NCBI RefSeq assembly: GCF_018977255.1 | Contig: NW_024704743.1 | Coordinates: 73,038,001 to 73,102,000 of the forward strand | DNA from: Callorhinchus milii | Lineage: Eukaryota | Reading direction: 5' to 3' | DNA: 64,000 bases | Part shown: one piece after another, positions 49,759 through 61,270 of the stretch | Layout: the number at the start of each line of letters is the position of its first letter | How positions within the stretch are numbered: the first letter of the stretch is position 1 | Notes under the pieces: generated by a model | The model's database searches: none | What the model was told of the DNA's origin: nothing | What the model saw: the letters and a program-made list of their open reading frames with translations, nothing else | Program-made: the position numbers and the translations under genes

Positions 49759-52700
49759 TGGTAATAGTGAACAGAATGGAAATTGGCCAGATTTCTTTCA
49801 TTGTCAATTTCCCTCCAGCTAATAAATAATGTAGAATAACTGTGGATGTTTCATATCATCCCCAGCACTTTCCAACACAAGTTGCAGACTATCCAGAACT
49901 CTGCAGTCTGTGTATTCTCTCACACCAGGCTCAGCGAGCCTATCATCCCATCTGATAGGTGGTACAGATAGGGTGAGGGACATGAGACCACCAGTATTTG
50001 TTGAGAAAAAGGAATGGCCAGGTTGGTAGGTTTGAAATAGATTGTGGAGGTCGAGTGGAGTGAGGCCTTGGAGGGATTTGAAGGTGAGAATGAGGATTTT
50101 GAATTCGATCCGCTGAAGGATGGGGGGGAGCCGGTGAAGCCGACCAAGAATGGGGATGATAGTTATTCTGAAGCTTTGTACTGAAGTGTTCATCTACAAA
50201 ATCCAGTCAATCTAGTCAAGGATTATTATTATAATTGTAAATTTCACTCCGTTATCTACATGCGCAGATTAGTTTACGATTAGAGGAAGCCTACAACCTA
50301 ATGTTACGCAATGTGGAGATACATAAATAAATCAATAAGAAGGTAAAACAAATGCAACAAAATTATTTCTTTACAGCATGGGCTATTCTGAACAATCAAT
50401 GGCATCAGATAGTTCTTAAGAGCTATTTGCAGTAGAAAAACACAAAATTAATGATTGGTACAGAAGAGTACTGTATGTTCTGCACATGTCCCAAAAACAA
50501 AGGAAGGTTATATGTAAGAGCTGAATAAACTGGGTTCACAGAAAGTTCAGTTTCTTGAAATGTGCACAGTTTACTGGATGTTTGCAGTCTCCTAGATTTT
50601 ACCCAGAATAAAGAACAAAATAATGTTCTATTCAGTTGTTTGGGCAATCCTCTATTGGTCTGTATCTCTGAAGTTGTTCACTGGAGCAGAGGTTACAAGA
50701 TATAATAGTAATTACAATCCTTGCATTTGCATTTGGTACAGTGTCTTTCACACACAGAGGATATCTCAAATTGCTTCACAGGATTCTCTGTAAAGTGTAG
50801 TGACTTTGTATTTTGGAGATGAATGTGACAGCCAATCTGTGCACAACAATGTCCAATGTACGCTATTAAGTGAATGAACAATTTTACTTGGGTTATCTTT
50901 GGCCAGGACAGCATGAGAAACTCCCTTCTTTTTTTGAATACTGCCGTGGGATCTATAATGTCCATCTGAATAGAATCCAGAAGATGACTTCTCCAACAAT
51001 GTAGCATCCCTCAGCACGACATTTCAGTGTCAGCCAGACTGAGTTCAAGCAGAACGAATGAACAATCTGGGTTGGATAGACTGACACATTTGGTAAAGTA
51101 ATCCTGCAGGAACTTTCTTTTGGTACCAATCTCAGTATTGCTTTTTGTGAAGCTTGATTGTGATCAAAGGAGGTTCTTGGCATCTCATAAAAGATCTGCA
51201 ACCAAGCATGAGTTACAGAGAGTTGACTTCAGACAAATCTGGGTACTTGCAGCGTCCACTGTTTACAAATCCTTTTGCAAAGCTCGCAAATACAGACCCA
51301 AGTTGAAGTCAGATAAAATATATTTTTACTCTTGAGATGCGTCTGTCTGCCTTCAGATCTATACTGATGCAGAGATTATGGGAATTGTAGAGATTTAAAC
51401 ATTCACCTAACCTTTTAATCCCTACAATTCTCATTTGGTGCAGTTTAATATTTTAGATTTAACCAGTTTGCTTCAGGTGATGCTTCAATTTTATTGGTTT
51501 GATATTCAACCCTTAATCTGTCAACATCTCCTATCACACTGGGTCAAACAGTTTTGTATGGATTAGGCTCTTACACTGTGATGATGAAAATAATAATCCA
51601 TCTATTCTTTTAACTCAGCGAACACCAGCCTGTTTCATGTCTCTAACCTTGATTGCCCCACCATCTGTGGACGAGCTTTCAGCCATGTCGCCCTCTTTGG
51701 AACTTTATCCTGCCGCCTCCCTCCTCACTTTTAAAGTCCATCTCAAACCTTAATATTTTGACCACGTTTTCGGTCGCCTTCAGCTGGGTAAAGGGCTTTG
51801 GGATGTCCTCCTGATGTGAATAGCATCCAGAAGATGACTCCTCCAACCACTATCTAAATGTAAATTGTATAATATTATAATACTAATATTTCATCATTAA
51901 ACCATTCAAGATATCAGCAAAAGCTTCATTATAAAAATTAAACTACTGAAATAATGATTGAGACAATTTTACTTGTTGATGGGAAGATGAACTTCTAGAT
52001 CTCAAGACTCACAGCACCTCTCATTGCTGTGCCATAAAAAACTTACCTTTTCCAAGTTTGATGTTCATTTCAAATTCCAAACTGCACTGTTCCACTCGGG
52101 GAATTTTGAAATTTATTAGAGCTCTGTTGTACCTTCGGTGGAGCTGGATCATCTAAGAAAATGCCAGATAAAACCTCTGCTGAAAATTGCAGCTGTGGTG
52201 GTAAAATATATCCTCTTTCAACCTTTTTCCTGAATGAATTAGAGAAAGATGTTACATTCATTTGCTGCTTCAGAAGCCTGAATTCCAGATACTCATTATT
52301 CTGATTTCTAGTCATTAGCTGATTATTATGCTAACAGAATCACATTTCTCACTAACAGTGACTAAGAGTGCTGGGTGTCAGGCAATTCTTTTTATTAGAA
52401 TCACAGAAATGTACAGCACAGGTGGAAGCCATTCAGTCTCTCAAGTATGCACTGGTTCTCAGAGCAAGTGTTAATTCAATCTCACTGCCCTGCTTTATCC
52501 CCATACTCCTTCAAGCCTCTGTCTTTCACATACTGTACCTGTCGACTTTTCTCTTGAAACCCCCAAAGGACTCAGCAGGGCATTCCACATCCTATACTTT
52601 TTGTTTACTGATTTATTATAAGAACACTTTTGAAGAGGCTTTCCTCCATTTATTGAAGTGCATTATCTGGCTTTACCTGTTTCAAAAACTTGAGACTTGT

Positions 52701-53069
52701 TTTGAAATTGTTCAATTTATGTGTGAATCCTGGAAATATACTAGATGTTTGGGAAAAAACATTGGGTGAATTTCACACCAATTGATCTAAATCACTTATT
52801 TGAAATCTTATTAAACTGTTGCTTTATAATAATAAAAATAATAATTATCCTTGCATTTGATGTAGCATATTTAACACTGATTGATTGTCTCATAGTGTTT
52901 CTCAGAATATACTGTAAAGTGTAGCTTCTATGCAAATGCGTTTTGTGATGACCCTTTATTAGCTGGACGAGATATTAGAATAAATCTATGCTTCTTGCTA
53001 ATGTTTTTTGCTCGCCCTCACCTGGGGGAGATGTGAAGTCCATGTTAGGGAAATCTTTGGTAGGCAGTG

Positions 53070-53606
53070 GTAGTAGCAGGCTAGATGAAAATAATATATT
53101 TTTCTTGTTCCATACTTTTATGTCTTTGTGAACAGTATATAATATATAAGTGCCCTGTCAATCCCTTCACACCCAGCATCTCTCTATCTCTGTGTTCACC
53201 TAACCCACTTCTCTGCTCTTCCTCTCTGCTAACTGCGGCCTGCTGAACATCCTCAAACCCTTGGCTGAAAATTTATGAAAAGGAGAAAACCATTGTGCCA
53301 TGGTTGTGGGATTCAGTCATGAAACCAGACGATAATTATTGACTGAAATGCCACTGTTTCATAAGATTATGTGTCATAACGCAATGAATCTGTCGTGCAA
53401 TGTTATAAATTTCTCCCCATTATTTTGAAAACTACTTTTCCCCCAAAATGGGAGTGAAGTGAAACGGATGGGGGAGGGATGTGAAGTGAAGGCTTTGGTA
53501 GACTGTGGTACAGTAGTAGCAACAGTGGATGCAAGGAATGTATTTTTCTTGTTCCATGCTTTTGTGTCCTTGTGAACTATATAGAATACATACGTAGCCC
53601 TGCCAC
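53070..53606. repeat. Old ~95-bp direct repeat pair (53070-53160 and 53512-53606)
   Basis: Shared GTAGTAGCA...TATTTTTCTTGTTCCAT(A/G)CTTTT(A/G)TGTC(T/C)TTGTGAAC...GCCCTG. Confidence 0.6.
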
Positions 53607-53762
53607 CTACTGTCAAAAAGAGAACTGCACATAATTCAATCATAATCACTAAACCAGAGTCCACGGGTAGCACATACATTTCCCAAACACTAAATATGCT
53701 CTATGTACAACCTTATGTTTTTCAATATGAAGTCCAAGGGTTATCTTTGAAACGGGTATTAA

Positions 53763-54067
53763 CAGTGGTTAGAGCACTCACTTTGCAAGCGAGAGACCGG
53801 AGTTCAATTCCAGGCAGGTCAGGGCGAAACCTTGGGCAAGTTTCCTTACTCCACACGCCTAATAATAATCCCTCCAAAACCAAAAACAATAATAAATTGG
53901 TCATTTTCAATCCACGACTGTTTGTGGGACATTGCTGTGCGCAATTGGCTGCCGCGTTCGCCCACAAATATACAGTCAATTCACTTTACAGTGTGTTCTG
54001 TGAAGCGCTTTGGGACGTTCTCCCGACGTGAAAACGCTATATCAAATGCAAAGATTATTATTATTAT
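53763..54067 (+). mobile_element. Young SINE with slightly truncated head
   Basis: Near-identical to 60224-60547. Confidence 0.9.
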
Positions 54068-55544
54068 TAAACTCACATTTATTGACAGACTCTTGTGTGT
54101 TGTGGTGCTGTTCAGAATCATTCACTGCACTGAGGAGAGAGTGGTAGGGCCGACACCATCTATTATTCTTTAACCAGTGGAGTCCTGCACTGGCCAGGAC
54201 TTCAGATACAATTTAGCAGTCATATAACAGAATAAAATTGCTCAATATGTTCCCCTATTTGGGAGAGGGAAAACTTATCAATCTTCATAAGGGCAGTGAC
54301 TGTTACATCTCAGCAGATGTTTTGGAGGGAGCCCGTCTAGTAACTCAGGTAAGTAAGAGAGCAGCTTTAAACAAAATGGATTTACACTGGATATGTCGGG
54401 CCAGGAGCCTTTCCTGACTGCATTATCTTCATGAGCAGAGTGTTTTTGTCCTTTGTCTGGTACCCCAGGGTCCGCTTGCCTTAACCAACTAAAGGGCTCA
54501 GGGGACAATAGGGTCTAATTTAAATAGCTGGAGTCTACCAGAAGAACATTGTGCATACTCTGAAGTATGCAAAGGTGTCATTGAAACTCAGTGGCAGAAT
54601 CGCTCCCCAAAATGGCTTGGGATTGTCAAGTAAAATATGGGGGGGGGGGGGCGATTTGTGCGTGGGGGGTGGGACAATTTGTGAGGGAGTGGCATTTCAT
54701 GGGGAGCAGCAATTCATGAGGGGGGATGATGATTTGTGGGGGCATCAAAAAGCATAAACCATCCGTGTGTTTAAAAACTTTGTCGGGTTAAAATGGAACT
54801 TCTGAACTAGACTGCACAGGGTGGTGAGCATTGGGAACCATGCATGGGGGAGGGTACTCAGGGAAATTTCCAGATTTCCCTTATACCCAATCCGCTCCTG
54901 CTCATTAACAGATTATTTTGCAGATCATTGGAAGCACTGCCTGACATTATAGTTACCGCTGGAGGGTGGCAGCAGCTCTCTATTTTATCGCTGAGCTTGG
55001 AGTTGGACTTTGTGAAGTGAAGCTTCTTCTCTACTTTGAATGACAGCACACGGGTAAGCTTCCTGCAAGCTTGGATCAACTCAGGCTCCAATTCTGAAGA
55101 GCGCTGCTAATTAAATTTGAACTCCAGGCCAGGAATAGTCTGACAAAACCTCAGTTGCCTTGACATTGTTTGATTTTATTAAATGTGCTTCACACTTGGA
55201 GGACTGTTCAACAACAACAAATTACATTTGAATAGTGCCTTTCACATCTAGAGGACATACTCAAGGATTTTGAACCAAGCTGGGGTTGGGATCAGGAGGA
55301 CAGGAAGGGTAGGTGTTGGAGGGTGGCTGAAGGCGCAGTCAAAAAGGTCAACAGAGAAAAATTAGCTATAATTTATTATACAAAGTATTGTGTATATTAC
55401 AATGAACGTGGCACGATGGAGAGATAATGTACTACATACAGCTAAGATTTTTATGGGTCAAATCAAACTGCTTCAATCACTACTCATCTATGATTAGAAG
55501 GAAAATGTACACTCAACAGTTTATAGTGTTGACAGTGGTCAACA

Positions 55545-56220
55545 GTGGACCACTCCATTCTCCTCCAATGCCTCTCCTCTCACCTGAACCTTCGAGATTC
55601 TGTCTTTGAATGGTTCAGTTCTTATCTCTCACACCTTCTCCAATTCATCTACGCCAAGAGTTTCTCTTCCAGCCCCCACACAATCTTGTGTGGTGTTCCT
55701 CGGGGCTCCGTCCTCAGTCCCCTCCTCTTCAACCTCTACATGCTCCCACTTGGTGATGTCATCCGCAGACATGGGGTCAACTTCCACACACACTATTCTC
55801 TCTGACTCAATTCCAAGACAACTGACGTCTTGTCAGACTGTCTGTCTCCTGATTGGCTCGCGCCAGGGCCTCTGCACCTCAGGCACTGACAGCATCAACA
55901 TCCATGGATGCACACTCCACCTCACCAAGCCAGTCAGGAACCTTGGCATCTTGCTCAACCCTCAATTGCCCTTTCTCCCCCATATCCATGCCATAGCCTG
56001 CTCTGCCTTCCCCCACCTCCACAACATTGCCCGACTCCACCAGTCCCTCACCCCTCAGGCCAATGAAACCCTCATACACTCATTCGTCACCTCAAGGTTT
56101 GACTACGGAAACCTTCTCCTTGTCAGCCTCCCTAACTCTTCCCTCCACAAGCTGCAGATCATCCAGAACTCTGTAGCTCATGTCCCCTCCCACACCAGGC
56201 TCCGTGATCCCATCACACCA
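55545..56220 (+). mobile_element. L2 LINE RT fragment
   Basis: CGVPRGSVLSPLLFNLYMLPLG and LIHSFVTSRFDYGNLLL. Confidence 0.88.
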
Positions 56221-56223
56221 GGG

Positions 56224-57585
56224 ATGTTCTTTTAAGGATAGGAAAACTGATGGATGTTTTTAAAGGGGTGGGAATGGTGCCAGTGGACAGGGAGAGGTTT
56301 ATGATGTCTGTGAGTAGAGAGGCAAGGAGGTGGAGCTGGGAGATAAGGAGAAGGGTAGGGATGGGGTCGAGGGAGCAGGTGGTCGGTTTCATGCAGGTAT
56401 AGTGGTGTTGAAAGAGGAGTAGGAGACAGGTTCGTAGATAAGCAGGGAAGGATGGGTAGGGGCCGGAGTCTGAGGATGAGATGGGGAGGGGGTAGTAGAC
56501 ACAAGGGTAATAGATGGCAAATGAGGGGATCCCCTCGACTTTTGTTTCGAAGAAGTCCAGCATCGCCTTGCAATTGGAGAGTGTGAGCGAGGCGTGAGAG
56601 GGTGGACGGAGGAGCCAGTTAGTGATGGAGAAGAGGAACCTGGGGTTGTCTTTGGCCTCCAAGATTGTCTTGGAGTAGAACGACGATTTAGGGGAGGCGC
56701 GGGAGGAGCGGTAAGATTTGATAAGGTCCAGCCAGATTTGACTGTTAAATTGGATTTGAGCCAGGTGTGTTCAGCGGCACACACCTGTGCCTTAAGGGAG
56801 CGGAGGTGGCTGGTGTTCCAGGGTGACTTTCGTGAGTAGGAGACGGTTCAGGAAGTGAGTGGAGCAAGGGCAACAAGAGTGGTGAAGAGGGAGCTGAGAA
56901 GAGTGACTGACGATGATAGGTCATTGTGGGTGGACACCCAGAGGGGGCGGAGTTCAGATGACTCCAAGGCAGCGGAGAGGCGGGGGGAGATTTCTTTTGC
57001 AGGGCAGTATGAGATGGAGGTGGGTTGGGTTATGGTAGGGAGAGGGATTGTGGAGTTATGGGAGATGAAGCGTTGGTCCGAGATCACTTTGTCGATGATG
57101 GTGAGGCCCCGAGTGATCACCAGGTCGAGGGGGTGACCGCGGACGTGGATGGCGGAGTGGATATGGAGGGAGAGATTGAGGGAGAAGATAAGGGAGGAGA
57201 AGTCAGCAGAGGTAGAGCAGGAGGGGGTGAAGTGAAAGTTGAAATCGCCTCAGATGAGAAGATGTTCAGAGCAAAGGGAGAGGGAAGAGGGTAGAGATGT
57301 CAGGGATGGAGATGTCAGGGTTGAAGGTGGGGGATGGCTTGGGGGAAGTGGTAGATGAGAAGAATTTTGAGGGAAAGGTTGGAGGGGCGATAAAGGGTAA
57401 GGTGCTCAAAGGAGGGGAAGATTCCAGAGGAGTAAGGGGATAGGCCGAGCGGGGACCGGGAGACGAGAGCAACCCTGCCACCACGGCGGTCAGGTGGAGG
57501 GGTGTGAAGCAGGTGTAGCCGGGTGGTGTGGCCTCAGTCAAGGGGGAAGGTGTGGTGAGGTTTGGGTGAGGTGAGGTTTGGGTGA
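56224..57585 (-). mobile_element. L2 LINE ORF2 5' part (APE endonuclease to start of RT), inverted
   Basis: PPGYT, GGRVA, LDLVITRGL, SDQ/H, DNPRFLFS and KPTTCSLDPIPT motifs across frameshifts. Confidence 0.85.
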
Positions 57586-58367
57586 GGCTCACGTCAGCGC
57601 CTCCGCACCTCAGGCGCTGACAGCATCAGCATCCAAGGCTGCACTCTCCACCTCTCAAAGCCAGTCAGGTACCTCGGGGTTCTCTTCGACCCTGAGCTGT
57701 CCTTTCTCCCTCATATCCGCACCACAACTGGCACCGCCTTCCATCACCTCCGGAACATGGCCAGACTACGGCACTACCTCACCCCTCACGCTGCTGAAAC
57801 TCTGGTCCACGCCTTTATCACCTCAAGGCTGGACTATGGAACTCTCTCCTCGTCGGCCTTCCCGCCACCTCCCTCCACAAACTGCAGGTCATTCAGAACT
57901 CTGCAGCTCGTGTACTGTCCCGCACCAGGCTTCGCGATCACATCACTCCCACCCTCGCTCGCCTCCACTGGCTCCCCATCCCCCAGAGGATCCAATTCAA
58001 GATCCTCATCCTCGCCTACAAGGCCATTCACGGTCTTGCTCCCTCTTACCTCTCCAACCTACTATCCCCCTACTTACCTGCCCGTACCCTCCGTTCCTCC
58101 GGCTACGGTCTGCTCCACATCCCCCGCCCCAACCGCCCTACCATCGGTGGTCGGGCCTTCAGCCTCTCAGCCCCGAGGCTCTGGAACTCTATCCCCCAGT
58201 GCCTTTGCCGCCTCCTCCCTTTCCTCCTTCAAGGCCGGTCTCAAGACCTTTCTCTTTGACCGAGCCTTCAGCTCCCCTCTCGACTCTCTACCCCCTCCTC
58301 GCTCCCTCCGTCCTCCCGATGTGAAAGACGCTCTATAAATGCAATCTTGTTGTTGTTGTTGTTGTTG
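57586..58367 (+). mobile_element. Young L2 LINE 3' part with (TTG)n tail
   Basis: Nearly identical to 10519-10775 and continues through the segment deleted there. Confidence 0.92.
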
Positions 58368-58415
58368 AGGTGTAATGGGAGGGATTGCTCGAAAACGCGA
58401 CCTGCTTAAAAGTCG

Positions 58416-58452
<37 letters not shown>

Positions 58453-58579
58453 TCCTTGCACTTGAAAGGCGTTATATCGCAGGTCAGGATGATTATCAGT
58501 TCTGAAACGCAGAGGCGCATTTACTCCCGGGCATCGATGCCACTTATCAGCTCAGAAGATCCACCACAACTCGCGTTTG

Positions 58580-58690
58580 ATAATGATAACAACAGCAATA
58601 ATAATCCTTGCGTTCGATGCAGCGCCGTACCACGCCCTCGAGACGTCTCAAGGCGCCTCACGGAATATAGTGTCAAGTGTAGTGACTGTG
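58580..58690 (-). mobile_element. SINE 3' fragment with strongly GC-shifted sequence
   Basis: Aligns to the SINE tail ATAATCCTTGCGTTTGATATAGC...CTCAAAGCGCTTCACAGAATATACTGTAAAGTG. Confidence 0.85.
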
Positions 58691-58729
58691 TGTGTGTGTG
58701 TGGGGGGGGGGAGGTGCACAGGGACACCT

Positions 58730-59055
58730 GAGCCCATGTGCCCGGCAGCTCGCGGTGGGGGGGCGGGACTGCGCAGGCGTGTCGGCTCCGGGGGCGGAAA
58801 TGGCTGACGGTCTCTGGCGGTACCGGGAGGAGCCCGGTTTGCAGGTACAGCCCCTGCGGTCTTGCTCTCCCCCCCCCGGGCACGGCACCACACACCCCCC
58901 CCCCCACCCACTGCCCCTCTTCTCCTGCCGGTGCCTGTCCCGCCCTGTGGCCGCTCAGCCACTCACTGCGCGGCCCCCGCCCCCGCCGCTCATTGGCCAG
59001 AAACTGTCAACAGCCGCAGCCACAGCGGTGCCCACAGCAACGGCCACTGAGCTCT
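58730..59055. promoter_or_regulatory. CpG-island housekeeping-type promoter (target gene not identified)
   Basis: CpG-dense unique sequence with GC boxes (GGGGCGGG), NRF1-like TGCGCAGGCG, ETS/YY1-like CGGAAATGGC and a CCAAT box (ATTGG at about 58992). Confidence 0.65.
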
Positions 59056-59665
59056 CCCCCCCCCCCCCCCCCGGCAACACCCCCCCCCCCGGCAATACCC
59101 CCCCCCCCGGCAATACCCCCCCGGCAATACCCCCCCCCCGGCAATACCCCCCCCCCCCGGCAATACCCCCCCCCGGCAATACCCCCCCCCCGGCAATACC
59201 CCCCCCCCCGGCAATACCCCCCCCCGGCAATACCCCCCCCCGGCAACACCCCCCCCCCCCGGCAACACCCCCCCCGGCAATACCCCCCCCCGGCAACCCC
59301 CCCCCCCCCGGCAATACCCCCCCCCGGCAATACCCCCCCCGGCAATACCCCCCCCCGGCAACACCCCCCGGCAATACCCCCCCCCGGCAATACCCCCCCG
59401 GCAATACCCCCCCCCGGCAATACCCCCCCGGCAATACCCCCCCCGGCAATACCCCCCCCCGGCAATACCCCCCCGGCAATACCCCCCCCGGCAATACCCC
59501 CCCCGCAACCCCCCCCCCCGGCAACACCCCCCCCGGCAATACCCCCCCCCCCGGCAATACCCCCCCCCGGCAATACCCCCCCCCCGGCAATACCCCCCCC
59601 CCCGGCAATACCCCCCCCCCGGCAACACCCCCCCACCCCCCCCGGCAATACCCCCCAATACCCCC
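59056..59665. repeat. C-rich minisatellite (GGCAA[T/C]AC-C5..11)n
   Basis: Dozens of units with variable C-run length. The minus strand has dense G-runs. Confidence 0.95.
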
Positions 59666-59669
59666 CACA

Positions 59670-60150
59670 CAATAACCACCCCTTCCCCGACAAAAAGCCC
59701 CCCCGACAAAAACTCTACAAACTACTCCCTGACTATAATCCCCCCGATAATTACCCCCGACAATAACCCGCCCCCCACAATAACCCCCTCCCCCACTGAC
59801 AATAAACACCCCCACAATAATCCCCCCTACACCCCAACAGTAACCCCTCCAGCCCGACAATAACCCCCTCCCCCTCCAATAACCCCCCTTCTCCCTCGAC
59901 AATAACTCCCCTCCCCTCGACAATAACCCCCCTCCCCCTCGACAATAACCCCCCTCCCCTCGACAATAACCCCCCTCCCCCTCGACTAACCCCCCTCCCC
60001 CTCGACAATAACCCCCCTCCCCCTCGACAATAACCCTCCTCCCCCTCGACAATAACCCCCCTCCCCCTCGACAATAACCCCCTTCCCCTCGACAATAACC
60101 CCCCTCCCCCTCGACAATAACCCCCCTCCCCCTCGACAATAACCCTCCTC
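59670..60150. repeat. Second minisatellite (CCCCTCGACAATAACCCCCT)n, about 20-21-bp unit
   Basis: Degenerate at its left end, regular from about 59890. Confidence 0.9.
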
Positions 60151-60223
60151 CGTCTTGGCCTTAACCCTTCTCCCCCTTGGCATTGACTCCCCCCCCCTCC
60201 CCCCCTCCTCTAGCAATACCCTA

Positions 60224-60547
60224 GAGTCCTGTAGCTCAGTGGTTAGAGCACTCGCTTTGCAAGTGAGAGACCTGAGTTCAATTCCAGGCAGAGGGCGAAA
60301 CCTTGGGCAAGTTTCCTTACTCCACACAGAGCCTAATAATAATCCCTCCAAAACCAAAAACAATAATAAATTGGTCATTTTCAATCTACCACTGTTTGTG
60401 GGACATTGCTGTGCGCAATTGGCTGCCGCGTTCGCCCACAAATATACAGTCAATTCACTTTACAGTGTGTTCTGTGAAGCGCTTTGGGACGTCCTCCTGA
60501 CGTGAAAAGCGCTATATCAAATGCAAGGATTATTATTATTATTATTA
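60224..60547 (+). mobile_element. Full-length young tRNA-headed SINE
   Basis: Intact A/B boxes, CpG-retaining core and (ATT)n tail. Confidence 0.92.
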
Positions 60548-61014
60548 TACCCCTCCCCCCGGCAATACCCCTCTTGCCCAGTGTTTTAAAGCAGGAATGC
60601 CGGGTTGAATGAATGAACTGACTCAAAGCTGCAGAAGTGCTTCTTGTATTATGATAGATATTTGTTTGTGCTTCACTTCCATTACCACTGCTCCAGGAGA
60701 CCATATGTCTCTGGCTGATATCCTTGACTTTTAACAACCTACTTTATTGCATTTTTTTTTCCTGTTTGAATTGAGGCAGTTAGTTCATGCATCAGCAAAA
60801 GAAACAAAAAATACCCTCCAGATATATTTATTTGGTTTGAGGCTGCTTTGTGTGCTGATGATGGAGGAGATCATAGAATTACAGTGTACAGCACTGAAAC
60901 AGGCTATTTGGCCCAACTATTCCATGTTTGCGTTTATACTCCCCACGAGAGTCCACCCATTCCAATCCCATCTCCGGATCCCTTTATTCCATTCTCTCAT
61001 GTATACATCATCAC

Positions 61015-61270
61015 TCTTGAAAAGAGAAGGATGTTCACTCCAGTGTCCTGGCCATCAATCCTCCAGGTACAATTGGAGGATTGATGGTTAATAACTTAAT
61101 TGAAATAACTTAATGGTTATTTGTGGGACATTGCTGTGTGCAAATTGGCGACCTTGTTCACCTACAAAATACAAAATTACTGCACTCTACGATAAATTGC
61201 ATGAAGCGCTTTAAGACATTTTGACAATGTGATAAGGTGCCATATCAAACAAAATAATTATCATAATTAT
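61015..61270 (+). mobile_element. Deu-domain SINE 3' fragment
   Basis: TTGAAAAGAGAAGG...GTGTCCTGGCCA...TTTGTGGGACATTGCTGTGTGCAAATTGGC...GAAGCGCTTTAAGAC. Confidence 0.65.

Noticed and set aside
47720..52050. Consensus minus-strand donors at about 47725 (CAG|GTAAGTG) and 52046 (AAG|GTAAGT) as exon 1 of STEAP4-B
   Set aside because: Either is possible, but nothing in the sequence discriminates between them and neither resembles the copy A candidate.
34202..54880. Scattered kB-like motifs (34202, 44120, 45275, 54861)
   Set aside because: A few such 10-mers are expected by chance in 64 kb, and there is no clustering or promoter context.
58692..60139. Long Pro-rich and Gly-rich ORFs (228-394 aa) on both strands
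   Set aside because: They are translations of the C-rich minisatellites, open in several frames only because the repeat units lack stop codons.
59890..60150. Regularly spaced repeats superficially like a CRISPR array
   Set aside because: No unique spacers, eukaryotic context and no cas genes.
60224..60298. tRNA-Ala(TGC)-like cloverleafs at SINE heads (also 6121, 14404, 49758 and others)
   Set aside because: Each continues into a SINE body and tail, so they are SINE promoters rather than tRNA genes.
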